From NCBI GenBank assembly GCA_963762145.1, contig CAVXJS010000021.1, positions 1,056,001-1,120,000 on the forward strand: a stretch of 64,000 bases of DNA, in the 5' to 3' direction. Origin of the DNA: an uncultured Candidatus Rokubacteria bacterium. GTDB lineage: Bacteria; Methylomirabilota; Methylomirabilia; Rokubacteriales; CSP1-6. Under the pieces are notes generated by a model. The model was not told the DNA's origin. It saw only the letters and a list, made by a program, of their open reading frames with translations, and ran no database searches. Position 1 is the first letter of the stretch; the number at the start of each line of letters is the position of its first letter. The translations under genes were made by a program, and so were the position numbers. Positions 51,390 to 60,997 of this stretch are shown here, in pieces.

Positions 51390-51833
51390 GTGAGCAACCT
51401 AACAGTGGGCGACTCTGCAATCGCCGTAGTTCGCCGGAACACCGAGGAAGTACAAGGCAAGGGCAACTGGGACCTGTTTGAGAAACTGTTCGCCGATGAT
51501 TTTGTCGACCACACGCCACCGCCGGGCACGACACCCGACAAGAACGGGGTGCGGGTACTGTACAAGCGCTTGCGTGCCGCGTTCCCCGACCTCCACCCGG
51601 AAATCCACTGGCAGGTGGCCGCCGGCAACCTCGTGACCACCTACAAGACCTATCACGGCACCCACCAGAGCGAGTTTCTAGGTATCCCGGCCACCGGGAA
51701 GAAGGTCAGTTTTTACACCGTCGACGCCATGCGGGTCGTCGACGGTAAGATCACCGAGCACTGGGGCGTCGCGACGTTGCTCGACCTGATGCAACCGCTC
51801 GGAGTCGTCCCTCCGCTGGGGGGTCAGCGATGA
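51390..51833 (+). CDS. SnoaL-like ester cyclase, copy 2 (intact)
   Basis: RAAFPD, GTHQSEFLGIPATGKKV and KITEHW; the start and stop follow the ORF track approximately. Confidence 0.88.
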   Translation: MSNLTVGDSAIAVVRRNTEEVQGKGNWDLFEKLFADDFVDHTPPPGTTPDKNGVRVLYKRLRAAFPDLHPEIHWQVAAGNLVTTYKTYHGTHQSEFLGIPATGKKVSFYTVDAMRVVDGKITEHWGVATLLDLMQPLGVVPPLGGQR

Positions 51834-51930
51834 CGACACCGCTCAGCCCACCGGGAAATGGGGGGACTCTCAGGCGCGCATCGTCACCGAGCCACGTCAT
51901 CGAAGCGGGTCGAGGTCTGACCCGGCGCCC

Positions 51931-53247
51931 CTACCAGGGCAGGATCGCGGGCGCGTACTCCGGGATCCGCTCCTCCACCGTCATGAGCGGCTCGATGCCG
52001 TAGAGCGTGCGTGCGTTCTCGCCCATCAGCTTCCTCTGCGCCGCGATCGGCACCTTGAACTCCGCCATGTGGTGCAGGCCGTCCCAAGCGTCCTCCGCGT
52101 CGTGGTGCGGATAGTCCGACGACCAGATCGCCACGTCCTGGAACACGTCCCACAGCCGGTAGACGAGGGTCTCGTCCGACTCGAAGCCGATGAAGCAGCG
52201 CTCGTTGAACACGTCGACCGGATCGCGGATCAGTCGGTTGTCGCGCTGGAAGGCGAACAGGTTCGAGAAGTTCGAGGAGCGTGACAGGACCAGCGGGAGC
52301 CACGAGGCATTGGACTCGAGCACCGCCGCCTTCAGCTTCGGGAACTTTTCGAGCCAGCCGGTCTGCACCACCACGGTCACCCAGGTCATCGCCTCCAGCA
52401 GGAAGCCGAGCGTCTCGGAGGCGTCGATGGTGGGATCCATCGCCGCGGTGATGTTCGACACGAACTGCCCCGGTGAATAGACCACCGACTCGTCGGTGAA
52501 GAGCAGGCCCTGGCCCGAGTGGCCGCGCGCCTGGGCCATGCGCTCGCCCCATTCGGGCGTGAGCGCCTCACGGGAGGGGAAGGTGTGCATGGCCAGCACC
52601 GTCCCGGTGGCCTCGAACTCGCGCCACAGCGGGTCGAACTCGGCCAGCGTGGGATACCGCCCGTTCCAGAAGCAGGGGCGCACCGCCGCCGCCTTGAAGC
52701 CCAGCTTGGCGACCCGCCGGAGCTCCGCGATCGAGGCCTCGACGCTCTGCAAGGGCAGGACGGCGCAGGGGAACAGCCGCCGCTTGTCCGCGGCGCAGTA
52801 GTCGAGCACCCAGTTGTTGTAGGCCTGGGCCAGCACCGTCGCCGCCTCGACGCTGCGCACGAGGGCCAGCCGCACGAACCAGGTGGGGAACAGCATCACT
52901 TGGTCGGTGCCGAGCGCGTCCATGTCCTGAAGCCGCGCCTGCGGGTCGCGGCAGCCGAGCAGCCGCCCGAACTTCCCCTTCCAGGCCTCGGTGCCGGGGG
53001 TGAGCTTGCCCACCTCCTTCTTGTCCCAGCGGGCCCAGCCGACCTCGGCCGCGTTCGAGCGCTCGCGCGCGGCGGGGACCACCCGCCCGTTGATGAAGAG
53101 CAGATCGCTGTCGGTGTGGAAGCAGAACTGCGTCTTCACCCAGGCGCGGCTGCGGGCCGGAACATACTCGTCCCATATCGCCGGCGGCTCGACGACGTGG
53201 CTGTCGCAGTCGAAGACCGGGAAATCCTTGCGGGCGTTCGTGGCCAC
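51931..53247 (-). CDS. Amidohydrolase family 2 protein
   Basis: DCDSHVVEP, DMDALG, LESNASW and WSSDYPHHD. Confidence 0.92.
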   Translation of the reverse strand: MATNARKDFPVFDCDSHVVEPPAIWDEYVPARSRAWVKTQFCFHTDSDLLFINGRVVPAARERSNAAEVGWARWDKKEVGKLTPGTEAWKGKFGRLLGCRDPQARLQDMDALGTDQVMLFPTWFVRLALVRSVEAATVLAQAYNNWVLDYCAADKRRLFPCAVLPLQSVEASIAELRRVAKLGFKAAAVRPCFWNGRYPTLAEFDPLWREFEATGTVLAMHTFPSREALTPEWGERMAQARGHSGQGLLFTDESVVYSPGQFVSNITAAMDPTIDASETLGFLLEAMTWVTVVVQTGWLEKFPKLKAAVLESNASWLPLVLSRSSNFSNLFAFQRDNRLIRDPVDVFNERCFIGFESDETLVYRLWDVFQDVAIWSSDYPHHDAEDAWDGLHHMAEFKVPIAAQRKLMGENARTLYGIEPLMTVEERIPEYAPAILPW

Positions 53248-53304
53248 GGCGACCCTCCTGTCCCTTTCAATGTCGGGAGGGGCATTCTATTATCCGGGCC
53301 AGGC

Positions 53305-54069
53305 ATGGACAAGACGCCGGGGATCGAGCGCTTCTCGCTGTCGGGGCGCGTCGTCCTGGTCACCGGCGCGACGCGAGGGCTCGGGCTCGCGATCGCGCGC
53401 GGCATGGCGGCAGCCGGCGCGGCGGTCGGGATCAACGGACGCGACCCTGCGCGGGCGCGGGAGGTCGCGGACGGCATTCCGAACGCCTTCCCCGCTCCCT
53501 TCGACATCACCGATCTGGGCGCGGGAGCGGAGGCAATGGCCGCGATCGTGGCCCGGCACGGCCGCCTCGACTGCCTCGTCAACAACGCGGCGGTGCGCGA
53601 CCGCCGGGCCCTCGAGGAGATCGCGGCCGACGACTTCCGCCGCCTGATGGAGACCAACCTGGTGGCGCAGTACGAGCTCTCTCGCGTGGCCGCGCGGCAC
53701 ATGGCGGCCCGCGGCCAGGGGCGGCTCGTCTTCGTTAGCTCGATGGTGGGGCCGCGGTCGTTTCAGGGCGACCCCGCCTACGTGGCCTCGAAGGGCGGGC
53801 TCGAGGCCCTGATGCGCGCGCTCGCGGTCGAGCTGGGCCAGAAGGGCATCGCGGCCAACGCGATCGCGCCCGGGTTCTTCCTGACCGACGGGAACGCCTC
53901 GTTCTTCTCTCAGCCGCGTGTGCTGGAGCTGGCGCGGCGGATCCCCTTGCAACGCTTCGGCCGGCCCGACGAGCTGGTGGGCGCCGCCATCTTCCTGGCC
54001 TCCGACGCCGCCTCCTACATCACGGGCCAGGTCCTGACCGTCGACGCGGGCCTGTCGATCGCGCTCTAG
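53305..54069 (+). CDS. SDR oxidoreductase (gluconate 5-dehydrogenase-like)
   Basis: TGATRGLG, VNNA, YVASK and IAPG. Confidence 0.92.
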   Translation: MDKTPGIERFSLSGRVVLVTGATRGLGLAIARGMAAAGAAVGINGRDPARAREVADGIPNAFPAPFDITDLGAGAEAMAAIVARHGRLDCLVNNAAVRDRRALEEIAADDFRRLMETNLVAQYELSRVAARHMAARGQGRLVFVSSMVGPRSFQGDPAYVASKGGLEALMRALAVELGQKGIAANAIAPGFFLTDGNASFFSQPRVLELARRIPLQRFGRPDELVGAAIFLASDAASYITGQVLTVDAGLSIAL

Positions 54070-54074
54070 CGACC

Positions 54075-54440
54075 AAAGGGGAGGGGGACCTGGAGGCATT
54101 CGCGGAGGTCACGCGGCGCTTCCAGCACATGGCATTCGGCTATGCCGTGGCCCTACTGCGCGATCTCCAGCAGGCGGAGGACGTGGTCCAGGAGGCATTC
54201 GTCGCCGCCTGGTTCGGGCTCCGCAGCCTCGCCGATCCGAGATACTCCGCAAGGTCGAATGAGATGGCGACGGTCTGGCACCTCGCCGACGAAACCAAGG
54301 TCAGATCTCGAATCCTGGCGCTGAACCGCGAGATCGCCAAGGTGAACGCGCGGGCAACCGAGGGCCCGCCCACCCGCCTCGGCCCGCTCGACGTGGAGGC
54401 GATCGTCGCGGAGTGGCGCGCCCGACGAAAGCCGGGCTGA
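54075..54440 (+). pseudogene. Chimeric relic: ECF sigma region 2 fused to a DUF1992-like C-terminus
   Basis: GDLEAFAEVTRRFQ...AEDVVQEAFVAAW...LADP, then ALNREIAKVNARATEGPPTRLGPLDVEAIVAEW. Confidence 0.6.
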
Positions 54441-54498
54441 CCGCGTCAGGCTAGGGGGCGGCGCCACGGAGACTCTACGCAGTAAGCACAGCAATCCC

Positions 54499-54527
54499 TT
54501 GACACCCCTCCCTACCGCTCCTAGTGT
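54499..54527 (+). promoter_or_regulatory. Sigma70-type promoter
   Basis: TTGACA-N17-TAGTGT. Confidence 0.65.
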
Positions 54528-54773
54528 CGGCTCGGCACAGCTGTTGCCGCCGTTCCAGCGTGATGACCCGCTGAATGTACGAACGCAGGGTCACCTCGCT
54601 ACGGAACCCGGACCGGAGTCCATGATTTCCACGAATCTGTATATGTGCGTGGCCAACCGCGATGGTTAGGACACCGCGAAGCAGTCACGAAGACGAACCA
54701 CATCCGCCCGAGGTGTTCTCGGGCTCCCATCCGGATCGCCACCGACTGAAGACAAATAACGGGAGTAAATCGT

Positions 54774-56216
54774 ATGGCGCAGCGTAAGACGACGACCAAT
54801 GATCGGACGCGTACTCGAAGGCATCTGACTGTCGCGATACACGCCGCCGATCTTCGATCTCTCCGTGACATCGTTCGAACCTATCCGTTGGATTTTGGCT
54901 GTAGACCACACGCCATTCCTGATGCAACAGGCGCGTACTATACGACTGCATTGGTTTCGCTGGCAGAGCGCGACCTACTTCGTAGTCGGGGCTTGGATAT
55001 TCGGGATCTGTTCGATCAAACCAGCGGCGATAGAACCGGCAAGGCCACAATCGGAAAAGGCGACCGATTCAAAAATGGGAAGATTCCACCTCGGGGTGTC
55101 GGCTCCAGGCCGAACACTCGGGACAGCGAGCTCGGCTCCATAATGAACCCCGATGAAATCAACTCCGCGATCCAAGGGCTCGTCAACGAGTACGGTATCC
55201 CGACGTTCGACGTACCGAACGCGACTGCGGAGGGATCTGCTGGAAAAGGCGGGCTGACGGGCAAGGTAGACCCCAATGCCTACCATGTCTACTTTACCGC
55301 CGGCGTTCACGCCAGAGAACGGGGCGGCCCAGATAGTCTGATCTACTTTATTGCGGATTTGCTGTTCGCGCGGAAACACTCAATCGGTTTGACCTATGGT
55401 GCCAAGAGCTATTCCAGCGCCGATGTCACCAAGGCGCTGAAAACTGGGATCGTCTTCTTCCCTTTGGTCAATCCCGATGGTCTCCGGTACGACCAAAAAA
55501 CCGATTCCCTTTGGCGCAAAAACCGAAATCCCGCCGACGCCACTCCCGGCATTCCGGCTACGATCGGGGTCGATATCAATCGCAACTACGATTTTCTATG
55601 GGACTTCCGACGGCACTTCCACCCGGTCGCGACAGCAGCGACGAGCCTTGCGTCTGACAAACCGATTGACGAAACCTATCATGGCCGGTACGCGTTTTCC
55701 GAGCCTGAGACGCGTAACGTGGCTTGGGCTTTCGATCAGTTCCCGCGCATCCGCTGGTATATGGATATCCATTCGGCCCAAGGCCAGATCCTGTTCAACT
55801 GGGGCGACGACAACGACCAATTCAATGACCCGTCAATGCAATTCTTGAATCCCGCTTGGGACGGTAAAAGAGGCGTGGTGGGTGACACAGCATATCGGGA
55901 ATGGATAGAGGAACCGGATTACGGAAAAGTATCGAACGTGTCGAACCGCGTTGCACGAGCGATGCAAACCGTAGGCGGACGATCGTACGTGCCCTTGCAA
56001 GCCGTTGGTCTATTTCCAACGTCCGGAGCGAGCGACGACTATGCGTACAGCCGCTACCGAGCCGACGCGAAGCTGAACAAGGCCCACGGTTTCACGATGG
56101 AATTTGGTTATCCAAAGAACTTCTACCCCACGCTACCGGAATACCATAACAACCTGAAAGATACCGGGGCCGGCTTGATGGAGTTTTGTTTGGCGGCATC
56201 AGATGCGGGGTTGTGA
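54774..56216 (+). CDS. M14 zinc carboxypeptidase on an AT-richer patch
   Basis: GVHARE, VNPDG, WRKNR, GVDINRNY, FSEPE, DIHS and FTMEF. Confidence 0.92.
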   Translation: MAQRKTTTNDRTRTRRHLTVAIHAADLRSLRDIVRTYPLDFGCRPHAIPDATGAYYTTALVSLAERDLLRSRGLDIRDLFDQTSGDRTGKATIGKGDRFKNGKIPPRGVGSRPNTRDSELGSIMNPDEINSAIQGLVNEYGIPTFDVPNATAEGSAGKGGLTGKVDPNAYHVYFTAGVHARERGGPDSLIYFIADLLFARKHSIGLTYGAKSYSSADVTKALKTGIVFFPLVNPDGLRYDQKTDSLWRKNRNPADATPGIPATIGVDINRNYDFLWDFRRHFHPVATAATSLASDKPIDETYHGRYAFSEPETRNVAWAFDQFPRIRWYMDIHSAQGQILFNWGDDNDQFNDPSMQFLNPAWDGKRGVVGDTAYREWIEEPDYGKVSNVSNRVARAMQTVGGRSYVPLQAVGLFPTSGASDDYAYSRYRADAKLNKAHGFTMEFGYPKNFYPTLPEYHNNLKDTGAGLMEFCLAASDAGL

Positions 56217-56230
56217 CCAAGGAATTCAAA

Positions 56231-56280
56231 TGGTGGGGTGGGACGGGATTGAACCGTCGACACCAGGATTGTCAGACCTG
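56231..56280 (-). pseudogene. 3' half of a tRNA (Phe-like), att-type relic
   Basis: The minus strand reads CAGGT-CTGACAA-TCCTG-GTGTC-GACGG-TTCAATC-CCGTC-CCACCCC-ACCA, giving anticodon arm, T-arm and CCA. There is no D-arm or 5' acceptor strand. Confidence 0.8.
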
Positions 56281-56513
56281 AGCCTTGGTCTCTGTAAGCA
56301 CAAATTCGGCCGGACCTACTCGATCACCTGATCCGCACCCTCCATACGCGGACAGTTCCGCCGATCGCTGGCGGTTGGTGATTCTGTAAGGCGTCGATTT
56401 GCACAATCCTTCAAGACGCCAATCAGTTCGATCTCTAGGCTGCTTGGCGAATTGTGTGACCGGTGGCCACGAAGCGCTGCACCACATAGTCCTTCATTGA
56501 AGTGAGGTATGCC

Positions 56514-57004
56514 ATGCCACAGAGGGAAAACAGCATTCGACTCGATGAACTGACAACACCACATCTCGCGGACGCGTGCTTGAAGAGAGCTGGGCTAGCC
56601 GGGATCGTCATCTGGGGGCTCCATCGCGACAACCAGGAGGTGTCAGAAATTGGCCTGCCGCTCTTCAGTCTCGGTGTGCTCTCGACCGGGCCGCAGCGCT
56701 TGGACACAAGACCGTCAGACGTGTTCGGTTGGGCGAAAGTGGGATCCCATGTCGTGACATCGAGCGACACCGTGGTTGCTGACGGCGATGGGGTAGTCTT
56801 CTTCCACAGGCGCGACTCGGCGAGATTGTGGCTGTCGCGGCAACCATCCGCGATACAGAGCGTCGCCAGGCAATCGCGATGGCGGGTGGCCGAAGTCTGC
56901 GCGACCAATCGCGGTTCGGCGAATACATGGCGCGGCGGCACCGGGAGCCTGACTACGCCTTTCGACAGCATCTCAGAGACATCGGGGCTGCTGTCGAGGA
57001 ATGA
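56514..57004 (+). pseudogene. RraA/HMG-aldolase family relic with internal deletion and frameshift
   Basis: LTTPHLADACL is joined directly to GLAGIVIWGLHRD...VVADGDGVVF; another frame ends FRQHLRDIGAAVEE*. Confidence 0.7.
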
Positions 57005-57095
57005 CCCCTCACATTTCACCGAGACCCGCCGCTGGTGGCGAGCCAGACCGCAATCCGCCCCCGTCCCTCCGCGACGAGCCGCCGTCGGAAAAGCG

Positions 57096-58373
57096 TCAGG
57101 CCACGAACCGGTTCCGGGACGAGCGGATCTCGGGCGGCTTCGTGAACTGGCCGTCCTTCATGATCGCCAGCAGCTTGGACTTGTCTTGCAGGATGGAGAT
57201 GTTCGCGAGCGGGTCACCGTCCACGAGGAGCAGGTCGGCGAGCCAGCCCTCGCGGATCTCGCCGAGATCCTTGCACATCATGATCTGCCCGCCCCAGCGC
57301 GTCGCCGAGATGAGGGCCTCCATCGGGGTCATGCCCAGGTACTTGACGAAGTACTCGAGGTCCTTCGCGTTCTCGCCGTGCGGCGCCCAGGCGAATCCGT
57401 AGTCGCCGCCGGGCAGCACGCGAATGCCACGCCTGAGCATCGCCTTCATGCTCTTCACCGCCGCCTCGAGCTCGAGCTCGTAGCCCATGTCCTTGGCCAT
57501 CGCATTGGTGACGCCGACCACCTCGCCCTCGTTGAGCAGGCGGATGATCACGGAGAGGCCGGGGGCGACGAATATCCGATCCTTCTGCGCCTCCATCATG
57601 TCGAGCGCTTCCTCGTCGGCGAAGCTCGCGTGGTAGATCACCTCGACGCCGTGGCGCATGCTCTGCTTGACCGACTCGCTCGATCGCGCGTGCGTGGCCA
57701 GGCGCTTGCCGCGCACCTTCACCTCGCGCGCGGCCACCGCCACTTCCTCGTCGCTCATCCAGCTGGTCTGCGCATCCGCGCCGGGCACCAGGTTGTCGCC
57801 GGAGAGGTTGAGCTTCACCTGGTCGACGCCGTACTTGAGGAACATACGCACGGCCTTGCGCATCCCCTCGGGGCCATCCACCACGCAGCCGAACGACATC
57901 TCCGGGAACGGCAGGTGCGGCAGCATGTCGTCACCGAGCGAGCCGGTGACCGTGATCTCCTGACTCGCCGCGAGGTAGCGCGGGCCGGGGATCTGCCCCG
58001 CGTTGATCGCGTCGCGAATCACGCAGTCGAGCCGTGGCTTGGGAGTCGCCGCGCCCACGCAGGACGTCCAGCCGTGGTCCAGGTAGAGCTTGGCCACCTG
58101 CGCCGCCCACAGGGTGTGCTCCTCGTGCGGCATCTTCTGGATGGCGTCCAGCGTCTTGGAGTTGGTCCAGCCGAAGTGCGTGTGCGCCTCGCACATGCCG
58201 GGCATCAGGGTCGCGCCGGCCCCGTCGATCACCGACACCCCGGCGGTGGGGAGGCTGCGCGTGCCCCGCCCGACGCGCGCGATCCGGTTGCCCTGTACCA
58301 GCAGCTCCCCCGGGTACGGTTGCGCGCCGGTGGCGTCGAGTATGCGTACGTTCGTGAAGAGGACGTTCGCCAT
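57096..58373 (-). CDS. Metal-dependent amidohydrolase (prolidase-like)
   Basis: MPGMCEAHTH, VKL, THAR, YHAS, GGDYG and ADLLLVDGDP. Confidence 0.92.
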   Translation of the reverse strand: MANVLFTNVRILDATGAQPYPGELLVQGNRIARVGRGTRSLPTAGVSVIDGAGATLMPGMCEAHTHFGWTNSKTLDAIQKMPHEEHTLWAAQVAKLYLDHGWTSCVGAATPKPRLDCVIRDAINAGQIPGPRYLAASQEITVTGSLGDDMLPHLPFPEMSFGCVVDGPEGMRKAVRMFLKYGVDQVKLNLSGDNLVPGADAQTSWMSDEEVAVAAREVKVRGKRLATHARSSESVKQSMRHGVEVIYHASFADEEALDMMEAQKDRIFVAPGLSVIIRLLNEGEVVGVTNAMAKDMGYELELEAAVKSMKAMLRRGIRVLPGGDYGFAWAPHGENAKDLEYFVKYLGMTPMEALISATRWGGQIMMCKDLGEIREGWLADLLLVDGDPLANISILQDKSKLLAIMKDGQFTKPPEIRSSRNRFVA

Positions 58374-58589
58374 GTCGGGCTCCTTTAGGGAAGGAATCGC
58401 TTCGACAGACCGACCCTTCTGCAGGGAGTATCACGGGCCGATCGGGTGGCGTCAAGTCGGACGCCGCCGTGCGTGACCGGGAGTGGAAGGGGGGCCAGCA
58501 GACGGCGCACGCGGCGCGCGTGAGCCTAATCTGTCGGGAGCCCGCCACGTGAGGGCCAGACCCGCCTTCTTCTTCCGGCTCGGGCGGAA

Positions 58590-58915
58590 CAGCTGCTCGT
58601 TCTTGAGGCGCGACTTCCCGATCCCTGCCTCCCCGGTGATGGACACAATCTGCCCACGACCTTCCTCGCGGTGCAGGCCCTGCCCTGAGACTCGTGACCA
58701 GATAAGCGGTGACGGGCACGAGAAACCCTTTGAGGGACAGCGGTCCTGGTAGCTCCGCTTCGACGAAAGCGCGGACAAGACGGTGCGTCTCTTCGCTCAC
58801 GACCACTCCGGGCGCGGCCGACTGCAGCCGCGCCGCGAGGTTCGTCACCTCAAGCTGGCCAAGGCTCTCTCGCATCGCGACCGTCGCGCGCACTGCCCGC
58901 TCCGCATCGTCGGCC
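58590..58915 (-). pseudogene. Collapsed relic of a class III cyclase-AAA ATPase gene
   Basis: DDAERAVRA...|VTNLAARLQSAA...LSLKGF, then in another frame GQIVSITGEAGIGKSRL (Walker A). Confidence 0.75.
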
Positions 58916-58968
58916 AGCGTTTGTGGCGAGTCCTGGACCTGGTAGCTCCTTACGGTGTCCAACACCGC

Positions 58969-60123
58969 CTATGTCCTCGTCCGGTACAGCGCCTTGAGCC
59001 ACGGGGGGGCCACGAACGTGGTCAGCATGACCGCCGCCACCAGGACGGAGTATAGGTCGGCGGCGATCACCCCTACCGCCAATCCGGCCCCCGCGAAGAT
59101 CAGCCCGACCTCGCCCCGCGGCACCATGCCGACGCCGACCGGCCAGCGGCGCACGCTCGGCTGGTACACCGCAAGGCCGGCGGCGAGCTTCGTGGCCACC
59201 GCGAGCCCGGTCAGGACCAGCGCGAGGCCGAGCTGCGCGTCCGCCCCGAAGGGGTCGAGCCGCGCCGGCTCCACCTTCATGCCCACCGTGACGAAGAAGA
59301 CGGGGACGAACAGGTCGGCCACTGGCCTCACCCGCTCCTCGATGTGGGCCTTCCGGGCCGTCTTGGCGAGGACGAGTCCGGCGGCGAACGCGCCGATGAT
59401 CGTGGCGAGCCCGATCAGGTCGGCCGCCGCGCTCAGCGTCAGCGCGAACACCAAAGAGTAGACGATCAGTGTGCCGCGCGCGCGGAGGCGGCCGATCCAG
59501 CCGACCAGTAGCGGGGCCAGCCGCAGCCCGAGCACGATCGCGACCACCAGGAAGACCACCGCCTTGCCGGTGAGCAGCGCCACCGAGGCCGTCGAGACGC
59601 TGCCGGTCTGGGCGGCGCCGGTCACCACGGCGAGGATGATCAGGCCGAGGACGTCATCCACGACCGCGGCGCCGAGGACGACGTTCGCGGCCGGGTCCTG
59701 GAGCCGCCCCATGTCGGCCAGCACGCGCGCCGTGATGCCCACGCTCGTCGCGGTGAACGTCGCCCCGACGAAGACGGCGACCAGCGGCGGGTGCCCGAGC
59801 CACTGCATGACCGCGTACCCTGCGGCGAACGGCAGCGCCACGCCGACGAGCGCGACGAGGGTGGCCTGCAGGCCGGCCTCCAGCAGCTCGTCGACGTCGG
59901 ACTCCAGTCCCACCTCGAACAGGAGCACGAGCACGCCCAGCTCCGCCAGCGCGTGCAGGACGTCGGACTCGTGCACCAGCCCGAGGACCCCTGGGCCGAT
60001 GAGCACCCCCGCCAGCAGCTCGCCCAGGACGGCGGTCTGCCCGACCCGCTCCATCGCCTCGCCCGCCAGCTTGGCGGCGAGCCAGACCAGGACGAGGCCC
60101 AGCAGCAGCTCGCGGAACTCCAT
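58969..60123 (-). CDS. CPA2 cation:proton antiporter
   Basis: GELLAGVLIGP, LFEVGLE, TATSVGI, VDDVLG and MVPRGEV. Confidence 0.93.
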   Translation of the reverse strand: MEFRELLLGLVLVWLAAKLAGEAMERVGQTAVLGELLAGVLIGPGVLGLVHESDVLHALAELGVLVLLFEVGLESDVDELLEAGLQATLVALVGVALPFAAGYAVMQWLGHPPLVAVFVGATFTATSVGITARVLADMGRLQDPAANVVLGAAVVDDVLGLIILAVVTGAAQTGSVSTASVALLTGKAVVFLVVAIVLGLRLAPLLVGWIGRLRARGTLIVYSLVFALTLSAAADLIGLATIIGAFAAGLVLAKTARKAHIEERVRPVADLFVPVFFVTVGMKVEPARLDPFGADAQLGLALVLTGLAVATKLAAGLAVYQPSVRRWPVGVGMVPRGEVGLIFAGAGLAVGVIAADLYSVLVAAVMLTTFVAPPWLKALYRTRT

Positions 60124-60124
60124 C

Positions 60125-60469
60125 CTAGTGGCTCGCCATGAGGCCGGCGCACCGGCTCCGGAGGTTCGAGAGAGTCCCCGCCTCCTTCACGAACTCGACG
60201 AGCCCTCCGAGCGGCGTCGCGGCGGCGCTGCCCGGCGCGGCTCCCAGGGTCAGCCACTGGACGATCGCCTGGCCCTTCGGCGTGTCGAGGTCGCAGGTGA
60301 AGATGCACTCGGCCGAGAACCCCATGAGCTTCGAGAGCTCGACCGTGAGCAGCCCGCCGCTCAACCTTGCCTCGGAGTGGTTGACGATGACCTTCTCTCC
60401 CCCGTCGAGCGTGACGTAGCAGCACGTGCCAGCCTTGGGGTCCGTTACGAACCGTCCCACCTTCGCCAT
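60125..60469 (-). CDS. Hypothetical protein directly upstream of the antiporter
   Basis: RBS GGAGG; the stop lies 1 nt before the antiporter ATG. Confidence 0.65.
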   Translation of the reverse strand: MAKVGRFVTDPKAGTCCYVTLDGGEKVIVNHSEARLSGGLLTVELSKLMGFSAECIFTCDLDTPKGQAIVQWLTLGAAPGSAAATPLGGLVEFVKEAGTLSNLRSRCAGLMASH

Positions 60470-60682
60470 GGTCGCCTCCCTCAAAGCACGCTGTGCGAGA
60501 GGCTGACAGCCAGGCTCTGAGTTTCTTCGCTAAAGTCCTTCAAATTCTTCATGCGACCGTCCTCCGCGCTAGAAACACGTGGTTCGGGAGGGCGGCGGGG
60601 CCGCTACCTGAAGAACCACGCTTCGGTGGGTTGACCACGGGCGGCCATCACGGGCCGCCGGACACCGCGCCGAGCGGAGGGG

Positions 60683-60997
60683 CTAGTGGGGGTCTTCGGA
60701 GGCGGGCGCCGCGTCGGGCGGCGCGTGGGGCTTCCGGCTCGCGATGGGGCGCGCCCGCGGCGGGTCGACGGACGCGGGCTGCGCCGTGACCGCCTCCGCC
60801 GGTGCCAGGAGCGCGACGATCCCCGGGGCCTGGGCCGGGAGCGGCGAGATCGCCTCGGCCGCGCTCCGCGCCCGCACCTGCGTGCTCTCGGCCGTGGCCC
60901 CGGGCTCGAAGACGAACGCCCCCGGCATCCCGGGCAGCGACAGGTCAAGCGTCACGTAGACGAGGATCGCGAGGACGAGCGACCGCCGATGGCTCAC
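60683..60997 (-). CDS. Hypothetical small Pro-rich protein with N-terminal TM/signal
   Basis: LVLAILVYVTLDLSLPGMPGAFVFEP...SEDPH. Confidence 0.6.
   Translation of the reverse strand: MSHRRSLVLAILVYVTLDLSLPGMPGAFVFEPGATAESTQVRARSAAEAISPLPAQAPGIVALLAPAEAVTAQPASVDPPRARPIASRKPHAPPDAAPASEDPH

Noticed and set aside
56231-56280. Functional tRNA-Val(GAC)
   Set aside because: The D-arm and 5' acceptor strand are missing and the anticodon stem has a mismatch.
590-60520. Long antisense ORFs in the track (e.g. 590-1456+, 1776-3200-, 8028-9482+, 30211-31632+, 35517-36038+, 49648-51534-, and the 5' half of 4875-7292-)
   Set aside because: They are shadow frames of GC-rich real genes on the opposite strand, with no motifs or RBS.
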